Under the pieces are notes generated by a model. It saw nothing but the letters and a program-made list of their open reading frames with translations, was not told the DNA's origin and made no database searches. Positions 1 through 5,707 of a DNA stretch of 24,000 nt are shown piece after piece. The position numbers and the translations under genes were made by a program. Source of the stretch: Ruminococcus turbiniformis (GTDB lineage: Bacteria; Bacillota; Clostridia; Lachnospirales; Lachnospiraceae); assembly GCF_020687545.1 (NCBI RefSeq), contig NZ_JAJEQX010000017.1:33023-57022 (forward strand), given 5' to 3'. Numbering within the stretch: position 1 is the stretch's first letter; each line of letters opens with the position of its first letter.

Positions 1-130
1 CATTTACACCGATCACCTCGAACTCGCAGTCTTTCATTTCTTCCATCACTCTGCACAGTTCCCTGTAAAAAACGGGAAACGCCTCCTGCTCGTTGTAGCA
101 GGGAACTATCACTGTTATCCGTTCTTTCAT
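1..130 (-). CDS. Glycosyltransferase family 2, N-terminal fragment; the gene runs off the left edge
   Basis: The reverse-strand ATG at 130..128 opens MKERITVIVPCYNEQEAFPVFYRELCRVMEEMKDCEFEVIGVN. The VIVPCYNE start is typical of GT2 enzymes. It is absent from the ORF track because it has no stop in the window. Its start overlaps the stop of ORF 127..507 as ATGA. Confidence 0.7.
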   Translation of the reverse strand, partial: MKERITVIVPCYNEQEAFPVFYRELCRVMEEMKDCEFEVIGVN

Positions 131-507
131 ATCATCTCTCCGATTTCTGCCGCCCTTTGAATCTTCTTTCCCTTTTCCGCCAGAACCTGTATTCCCATTC
201 CGGCAAGCATAAACACACTGATCTGTACGAAATAGACATATCTCGGCTGGATCTCAATCAGCAGATACACGCCGAACGTGACAAACACCTGGTTTATCAG
301 GATGAGCACGTTTTCCGGGCGTTTCTTTCCCGCGCGGCTCTTCCTTATAAGCGCGGCAGTGCCGGCCGCCGCCAGAATATAGGAGAGGAACTGTCCCCAT
401 GTCTCATATTTGTCCAGCCAGGCGCGGAATTTCTGAACCACAGCGTTGTTTTCATCCAGATGTCCGAAGCTCCAGCCAAGCGGAGACGTATTCCTGCCGT
501 TCGTCAT
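127..507 (-). CDS. Hypothetical small integral membrane protein (about 3 predicted TM segments), apparently translationally coupled to the downstream GT2 gene
   Basis: 126-aa ORF with hydrophobic stretches FLSYILAAAGTAALI, VLILINQVFVTFGVYLLI and VYFVQISVFMLAGMGIQVL. Its stop overlaps the GT2 start (ATGA). The SD is weak and I recognise no family. Confidence 0.45.
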   Translation of the reverse strand: MTNGRNTSPLGWSFGHLDENNAVVQKFRAWLDKYETWGQFLSYILAAAGTAALIRKSRAGKKRPENVLILINQVFVTFGVYLLIEIQPRYVYFVQISVFMLAGMGIQVLAEKGKKIQRAAEIGEMI

Positions 508-640
508 TTTTTCTCATTCTGACAGAAAATCATAATTGTATAGCGCCAGTATACACCGGCGCTGCCTTGGGGGCTGAAACATGTATTATCGGGAACGGAT
601 CCAAGTATTAAGAAAAGGCAGTAATATAACTCAGACTGAC

Positions 641-698
641 AAAAATAAAAAGGGAGATCATCCAGCAGAAACACATCTGCGGTGATCCCCCTTTTTTA
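641..698 (-). terminator. Rho-independent terminator after fucO, with bidirectional appearance
   Basis: Arms agggagatca (651-660) and tgatccccct (683-692) pair with one G-U wobble. An A-run at 641-650 gives the U-tract on the minus strand, and a T-run at 692-698 gives one on the plus strand. Confidence 0.6.
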
Positions 699-713
699 TG
701 CCGGTTTCCGGCG

Positions 714-1865
714 TTACATAATCTTCCGGAAGAGATCTTTAAGATCCTCCACGCTTGCGTCTTTCGGGTTACCCGGTGCGCACGCGTCAGCATATGCGGA
801 CTCCGCGAGGAACGTAAGATCCTCCTCTTTGATAGCGTCCAGTTTTGTCGGAATTCCCACGTCAACAGAGAGCTGGCGTACCGCATCAACAGCAGCCTTT
901 CTGTATTCTTCCACAGACATGCCGTCCACGCCTTTTACTCCCATTGCTCTGGCAATCTCGCGGTATTTCTCTCCTGTGCAGTCTGCGTTGTACTCCATCA
1001 CGATCGGGAGCATCATCGCGCAGGCAACACCGTGAGGCGTATCATACACCGCGCCCAGCGTATGTGCCATGGAGTGAGCGATTCCAAGACCTACGTTTGA
1101 GAATCCCATTCCTGCAATATACTGTCCGAGAGCCATTCCGTCGCGCCCCTCTTTCTCGTTCGCCACAGCGCCTCTTAACGATCTGGAGATAATCTCAATG
1201 GCCTTTAAGTGGAACATATCTGTCATCTCCCAGGCAGCCTTTGTCGTATATCCCTCAATGGCATGTGTCAGAGCGTCCATTCCGGTGGAAGCGGTAAGCC
1301 CTTTCGGCATGGATGCCATCATATCCGGATCAACAATGGCGATAACCGGCATATCATGGGGATCTACGCACACAAATTTTCTTTTCTTCTCTACGTCTGT
1401 GATTACATAATTGATCGTAACCTCGGCAGCTGTTCCCGCTGTCGTCGGAACCGCGATGATCGGCACGCACGGATTCTTTGTCGGAGCCGTTCCCTCAAGG
1501 CTTCTTACATCCTCGAACTCCGGATTCGCGATAATGATTCCGATCGCTTTCGCCGTATCCATGGAAGAACCGCCGCCGATGGCGATAATATAATCAGCTC
1601 CCGCATCTTTAAACGCCTGTACACCATGCTGCACGTTCTCGATTGTCGGGTTTGCCTTGATATCGGAATAAATTTCATAAGCAAGGTTTTCCTTGTCAAG
1701 TACATCAGTTACTTTCCCTGTCACACCGAACTTAATCAGATCCGGATCTGAGCAGACAAAGGCTTTTTTGTACGCTCTTGCCTTCGCCTCTGTGGCGATC
1801 TCGCAGATTGCGCCTGCGCCGTGATACGACGTTTCGTTTAACATGATTCTGTTTGCCATTTTCAT
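714..1865 (-). CDS. fucO: Lactaldehyde reductase / 1,2-propanediol oxidoreductase (group III iron-dependent alcohol dehydrogenase)
   Basis: The 383-aa protein is collinear with E. coli FucO as I recall it: MANR.ILNET, GADY.IAIGGGS, PEFEDVRSLEG, PTTAGTAAEVTINYVITD, RKFVCVDPHD, DALTHAIEGY, GMGFSNVGLG, TPHGVA, YNADCTGEKYR.IAR.MGV. The start may be the second ATG at 1859. Confidence 0.9.
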   Translation of the reverse strand: MKMANRIMLNETSYHGAGAICEIATEAKARAYKKAFVCSDPDLIKFGVTGKVTDVLDKENLAYEIYSDIKANPTIENVQHGVQAFKDAGADYIIAIGGGSSMDTAKAIGIIIANPEFEDVRSLEGTAPTKNPCVPIIAVPTTAGTAAEVTINYVITDVEKKRKFVCVDPHDMPVIAIVDPDMMASMPKGLTASTGMDALTHAIEGYTTKAAWEMTDMFHLKAIEIISRSLRGAVANEKEGRDGMALGQYIAGMGFSNVGLGIAHSMAHTLGAVYDTPHGVACAMMLPIVMEYNADCTGEKYREIARAMGVKGVDGMSVEEYRKAAVDAVRQLSVDVGIPTKLDAIKEEDLTFLAESAYADACAPGNPKDASVEDLKDLFRKIM

Positions 1866-1939
1866 CAGTCTCCTTCTTTTTTTCGTATTGGCCTGTACCA
1901 GCCGATCTGACTATATTTTAACAATCTTTGCGGCAAATA

Positions 1940-1985
1940 GAAAGTTACAAAGAGGCTGATCTGTCACATTTCGCACAGATCAGCC
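1940..1985 (-). terminator. Probable terminator after the TetR gene
   Basis: Perfect 11-bp stem ggctgatctgt (1954-1964) / acagatcagcc (1975-1985). On the minus strand it is followed by TCTTTGTAACTTTC, a T-rich but interrupted tract. Confidence 0.5.
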
Positions 1986-2019
1986 CCCCTGCTTATATCC
2001 ATTTTATATTTATACTGTT

Positions 2020-2592
2020 CTATATCAGTTCCAGTCTTCTGAATACTTCTTCCAGCTCAGATGGCATCGCGTCCACGAGAGCCCCCGCCATCTGTTCCGG
2101 TGTTCCCTTCGTCTTTCCGAGAACCCACTGAACAGTCATATAGATCGAACCCTGGCAGTACATCTCAAGCAGAAATCTCAGATGATCCGACATTTTCCTT
2201 CCTGTCTTCCCCTCGATCCGCTCCGTGTAAAACTTAAGGATCAGATGGAAATCATGCTCCCTGAGACTGTTCTGAGCGTCGTTTTTGAAGGCGGCCCTGA
2301 AAAACAGTTTCTCATCCTCAATGTAGTGAAACTTGTTCACCAGTCCTTCATAGACGGTCCTGCCCTCTCCCATATGTTCAAACGATTCCTGAAGAATCTT
2401 ATCAAAATACCAGTTAATCAGATCATATTTATCCTGGAAATTGCGGTAAAACGTCTGTCTTGTCGTTCCGCACTCCTCCGCGATCTCTCTTACCGTGATC
2501 TTCTCTACCGGCGAGCGCCTCATGCATTCTTTCATTGCATTGGCGAGGCGGTATTTCATCTTTTCATTTGTTCTGCTCTGTATCTCTTCCAT
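2020..2592 (-). CDS. TetR/AcrR-family transcriptional regulator (resembles the DhaS-like dihydroxyacetone kinase regulator subgroup)
   Basis: The N-terminal HTH reads ITVREIAEECGTTRQTFYRNFQDKYDLINWYF. The ORF-track start at 2658 is a TTG. I prefer the ATG at 2592 (MEEIQSRT...), which has GGAGAGG upstream. Confidence 0.85.
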   Translation of the reverse strand: MEEIQSRTNEKMKYRLANAMKECMRRSPVEKITVREIAEECGTTRQTFYRNFQDKYDLINWYFDKILQESFEHMGEGRTVYEGLVNKFHYIEDEKLFFRAAFKNDAQNSLREHDFHLILKFYTERIEGKTGRKMSDHLRFLLEMYCQGSIYMTVQWVLGKTKGTPEQMAGALVDAMPSELEEVFRRLELI

Positions 2593-2703
2593 CGGCTCTG
2601 CCCTGCCTCTCCTTTCATCATGCAGGAAAAACAGGGCTTTTGTCAAGTTTCTTTTCAAAATCCTGTATCAGCATTGCTGCGGATTCTGCCCCGCATACAC
2701 CTC

Positions 2704-4071
2704 TTACTGCTGAGCATCCGCCGCTGATCCCAGGGTGATGCTGACCGTCTGCTCCGCGTATTCGCCGTTGTCAGAGCGCTGAATCACTACATCCACAGTC
2801 TCGTCTGCCGCATAATACTGAAGCACGTCTTTTAACTGTGTCATATTGTTGACCGTCCTGCCATCCAGCTGAGTCAGAATATCGCCTTGCTGGAGTCCTG
2901 CCTCGTCAGCCGGTCCCCCCTCTACGACTTCCGCGATGACTACACCTGTCGGGATTCCGTACAGCTCCGTTACATCGGATGTAACATCTGATCCCTGGAT
3001 TCCGAGATAGGACGCCTGATCCTCGCTTACTTTCTCTCTCGTCTCAAGGCTCATCAGCTGCTGGAGGCTCTCCTCCGCCTTGTCGATCGGGATCGCAAAT
3101 CCCACATTGTCCACACTTGCTCCCGAGGAGGAAGAAGAAGTCTTCGCCTCGTTAATGCCGATCAGTTCGCCTTTCATATTCAGAAGTGCTCCGCCGCTGT
3201 TTCCAGAGTTGATCGCCGCATCGGTCTGAATCAGGCCTGTGGATGTAATTGTAGTGCCGCTTTCATATGTCAGTGTCAGATCACGGTCTAATGCGCTTAC
3301 ATAACCGCTCGTCACAGACTGTCCGTATCCAAGCGCATTTCCGATTGCGACGACCTGATCGCCGAGCGCCAGTTCATCGGAATTACCTATAGTGGCAATT
3401 TTGATCTGGTTCATCGTTTCATCCGAAATATCGGACAGTTTTACTGAAACAACCGCAAGGTCATTGTTCACATCTGTTCCCTTAATCTCCGCTTCCACAC
3501 TTGTCTCATCAATAAAACCTATGGAAACGTTCTGAGCCCCCTCCACAACATGGTAATTGGTTGCGATCAGAAGCTCTGTGTCATTCTGGCCTACAATCAC
3601 GCCTGTTCCGGCTCCCTGTACTTCATACTCCTGTGTTCCTCCGAAGAAGTTTCTCATCTCTTCTACTGACATCGTAGAGATTGTAACCAGCGACGGCATT
3701 GCGTTTTCTGCCACCTGTGAAACAGTCATCTCCGATGTACTGTCAGTAGATGATGCTGCCGTACCCTGTGAGTCTCCGCTGCTTCCAGCGGTTGTCGTCT
3801 GGGCAATCTGCTTTGTCCCGCTGTTTCCAAGAAGATAGTCCCCGGCGACATTGACTCCTACCATCGTACCGCCTGCGACAAGCCCAAACACAAGTCCCAT
3901 TGAGATGACTGCCGCCCATTTTTTTCCCGTTGTCATCGGTTTTTTCTCTTTTTTCTTTTCCGGTTTCTTATCGCCGTTTCCGTTCGGCTCCCCATCATTA
4001 AAGGGAGCGGATGTCATATTGTTGTCATTGTATCCGTTATATCCGTTATAATCATTAAATTGTTCACTCAT
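2704..4071 (-). CDS. htrA: HtrA/DegP-family trypsin-like serine protease (S1C) with N-terminal membrane anchor and C-terminal PDZ domain
   Basis: Catalytic triad contexts are TNYHVV (His), NDLAVV (Asp) and GNSGGALLN (Ser). There is a TM segment WAAVISMGLVFGLVAGGTMVGV and a PDZ-like C-terminus (GPADEAGLQQGDILTQLDG). I prefer the start ATG at 4071 (MSEQF) with AAGAGG upstream; the alternative is ATG 4137. Confidence 0.9.
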   Translation of the reverse strand: MSEQFNDYNGYNGYNDNNMTSAPFNDGEPNGNGDKKPEKKKEKKPMTTGKKWAAVISMGLVFGLVAGGTMVGVNVAGDYLLGNSGTKQIAQTTTAGSSGDSQGTAASSTDSTSEMTVSQVAENAMPSLVTISTMSVEEMRNFFGGTQEYEVQGAGTGVIVGQNDTELLIATNYHVVEGAQNVSIGFIDETSVEAEIKGTDVNNDLAVVSVKLSDISDETMNQIKIATIGNSDELALGDQVVAIGNALGYGQSVTSGYVSALDRDLTLTYESGTTITSTGLIQTDAAINSGNSGGALLNMKGELIGINEAKTSSSSSGASVDNVGFAIPIDKAEESLQQLMSLETREKVSEDQASYLGIQGSDVTSDVTELYGIPTGVVIAEVVEGGPADEAGLQQGDILTQLDGRTVNNMTQLKDVLQYYAADETVDVVIQRSDNGEYAEQTVSITLGSAADAQQ

Positions 4072-4208
4072 AGTCTCTGCCTCTTTCCTTTCACGGATCT
4101 TCTTCCAGACCCTTTTCCTTTTTACATCTAATAACATAGACGCAAATTGTGACAGAATTATGAAAAAGTAAACAAAAAAATGTGATTGTTTTAACAGCGA
4201 CGGTCAGA

Positions 4209-4670
4209 TCACACGGTCTTCCCGTCCAGAATCAGAACATATTCTTCTTCCGGCGCGGTAATATCGCATCCGGTACACATTGCATCTCTCGGCTCGTACT
4301 CGATCCGCATAACCGGATCACTCTCCCCGATCTCATCACGGGAAAGATAAACCCGGATGTCCAGACTACGCGGCCATCCATTCACATCCGTCGAGAATCG
4401 AATTGTCCGGAAGGAATTCTCACGGCACATGTCTATTACTTCCAGAGCGAATTGTATCCGTTCTTCCCTGCTTCCCTGTACCTGCTCTTTGTCCGCGACA
4501 ACGATAAGCCTGCAGTCTCCCCCTTTGCATACGCTGCTCACCGCATCAGGCATCCCGGTATTTTCCTGCTGTGCCTTTTCCGGATTCTCACAGAGGACAC
4601 TGCCGGATAAGCAGAGGAGTACGGTGAAAAAGCAAAGAACAATAGACATGTACGCTGCTCTTTTCTTCAC
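4209..4670 (-). CDS. Hypothetical secreted Cys-containing protein (signal peptide; family not recognised)
   Basis: A GTG at 4670 lies 7 nt after AGGAGAGG and gives VKKRAAYMSIVLCFFTVLLCLSGSVLC..., which has the n-region/h-region layout of a signal peptide. It is divergent from the XRE gene. The ORF-track start at 4709 is a GTG with no SD. Confidence 0.55.
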   Translation of the reverse strand: MKKRAAYMSIVLCFFTVLLCLSGSVLCENPEKAQQENTGMPDAVSSVCKGGDCRLIVVADKEQVQGSREERIQFALEVIDMCRENSFRTIRFSTDVNGWPRSLDIRVYLSRDEIGESDPVMRIEYEPRDAMCTGCDITAPEEEYVLILDGKTV

Positions 4671-4720
4671 TTTGTTGCCTCTCCTTGTATTTGCTCCTTT
4701 TTGTATCACTTTTACAACCG

Positions 4721-4749
4721 ATTATATATGTTATGACATATAAAATCAA
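4721..4749 (-). promoter_or_regulatory. Sigma-A-type promoter for the secreted-protein gene, overlapped by a 7-4-7 palindrome (candidate XRE operator)
   Basis: The minus strand reads TTGATT (4749-4744), a 17-nt spacer, then TATAAT (4726-4721). The palindrome TATATGT-tatg-ACATATA at 4725-4742 spans the -10 box and spacer. Confidence 0.45.
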
Positions 4750-4800
4750 TAAAATGATGCAAAAAACGAGACAATACACTGTATGGAGGAACTGAAAACT

Positions 4801-5052
4801 ATGCCGAAACCACTCTCAAAAACAGGAGAAAAGAACCTGATCAGCAGAAACCTGATTGAAATCAGAAAAAAGCGGAATTATTCACAGCGGCTTCTCGCCT
4901 ATCAGCTGCAGCTCAACGGATATGATATGGATAAAAACGTTATCACACGGATTGAAACGAACAAAAGATATGTCACGGATATTGAGCTGAAGGCGCTCTG
5001 CGAAGTTCTGGACGTCACTTATGAAGAGCTGATCGACGGAGAACAAATCTGA
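4801..5052 (+). CDS. XRE/Cro-C1-family helix-turn-helix transcriptional regulator (small, single-domain)
   Basis: HTH_3-like sequence LISRNLIEIRKKRNYSQRLLAYQLQLNGYDMDKNVITRIETNKRYVTDIELKALCEVL. The ATG at 4801 is preceded by GGAGGAA (4786-4792). The ORF-track ATG at 4783 contains that SD within itself. Confidence 0.85.
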   Translation: MPKPLSKTGEKNLISRNLIEIRKKRNYSQRLLAYQLQLNGYDMDKNVITRIETNKRYVTDIELKALCEVLDVTYEELIDGEQI

Positions 5053-5054
5053 TT

Positions 5055-5097
5055 AAAGAACACCTCCGGGGAGTCCATGCCCCGGAGGTGTTCTTTT
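5055..5097 (+). terminator. Strong rho-independent terminator after the XRE gene
   Basis: Perfect 17-bp stem aaagaacacctccgggg (5055-5071) / ccccggaggtgttcttt (5080-5096) with an 8-nt loop. The T-tract runs through the 3' arm. Confidence 0.75.
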
Positions 5098-5193
5098 GTA
5101 CAGCGTTTTCCTCTGTACCATTTTTCTTTTGTACCTTTTTTGTGCCGGTTTTCCTTTTATACCGGTTTTTTGTGCCGTGTTTCCCACGGCCGG
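5094..5193. repeat. T-rich degenerate tandem repeat: about 7 short units, or about 3 units of roughly 30 bp
   Basis: Units of the form T(4-6)..GT(A/G)CC start at 5094, 5106, 5121, 5136, 5149, 5166 and 5180. TTTTTTGTGCCG is exactly repeated at 5136-5147 and 5166-5177. The array lies between two convergent genes. Confidence 0.5.
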
Positions 5194-5209
5194 ATAAAGC
5201 AGGAACCTC

Positions 5210-5464
5210 TCAGGCCAGACAGCCGCTGATTGCGCCCATCTGTGAATACGGAACAGTAAACACTCCTCCGTCTCCAGTAAAGCTGACTGATGTATCCTGA
5301 ATCATATTGTTCCCACTCCAGTTGTAATTCGCACCGCCTCTTGTGATGCCGCCTTCATCATAGTAAATGTACGCCACCTGATATCCGCCGTCGCCGCTGG
5401 CAGCGATGTTCTCGTCCATCTTCACACTGTAAACTTTCATTTTCGGTGTTTCCCAGTTTTTCAT
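5210..5464 (-). CDS. Small (84 aa) Gly-rich protein of unknown function with a RiPP-leader-like N-terminus
   Basis: The ATG at 5464 has a strong SD (GGAGGTGAT, about 4-nt spacer). The protein is MKNWETPKMKVYSVKMDENIAASGDGGYQVAYIYYDEGGITRGGANYNWSGNNMIQDTSVSFTGDGGVFTVPYSQMGAISGCLA. It contains an internal repeat, SGDGGYQVAY / TGDGGVFTVPY. Confidence 0.65.
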   Translation of the reverse strand: MKNWETPKMKVYSVKMDENIAASGDGGYQVAYIYYDEGGITRGGANYNWSGNNMIQDTSVSFTGDGGVFTVPYSQMGAISGCLA

Positions 5465-5647
5465 TCTAATCACCTCCGTTTTTTTAAGTATATATCTACC
5501 TATAGACAATAACACATAATTCGTGAGCAGTCCATATGTTCACGACACAATTTTCATATTTTCAGATTTTACATTCTGCCATGATTATCCCGTCTTTTTT
5601 AATCAGGGCCTTCCGTTCATCAGAGCAGCCCCGTCAGTGCGTATAAC

Positions 5648-5678
5648 AAAATCCCGGCTCTGAGCAAGCCGGGATTTT
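5648..5678 (-). terminator. Rho-independent terminator after ppdK, with bidirectional appearance
   Basis: Perfect 12-bp stem aaaatcccggct (5648-5659) / agccgggatttt (5667-5678) with a 7-nt loop. A/T tracts form both arm ends. Confidence 0.75.
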
Positions 5679-5707
5679 ATTTATTTCGTCACTATATTGT
5701 TTCCAGA

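Noticed and set aside
127-507. GtrA-like flippase subunit upstream of the GT2 gene
   Set aside because: The position and size are suggestive, but the sequence lacks the usual four-TM GtrA layout and N-terminal motif. It has a long hydrophilic N-terminus and about 3 TM segments. I kept it as a hypothetical membrane protein.
5094-5193. Possible CRISPR array or minisatellite
   Set aside because: The units are only 12-17 bp (or about 30 bp), degenerate, and lack unique spacers between conserved repeats. There are no cas genes in the window, so it is not a CRISPR array.
5088-5300. A 70-aa Phe-rich ORF (MFFCTAFSSVPFFFCTFFVPVFLLYRFF...)
   Set aside because: It is produced by translating the T-rich tandem repeat and then running antisense into the 84-aa gene. 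It starts inside the XRE terminator stem and has no SD, so I report it as a DNA repeat instead.
4100-5700. Possible RiPP biosynthetic cluster, toxin-antitoxin module or defence islet (XRE plus small ORFs)
   Set aside because: No maturase, transporter, immunity, nuclease, ATPase or toxin-like gene is present. The XRE gene is convergent with the 84-aa gene, separated from it by a terminator, and not in an operon with it. The evidence supports only a small accessory islet of unknown function.
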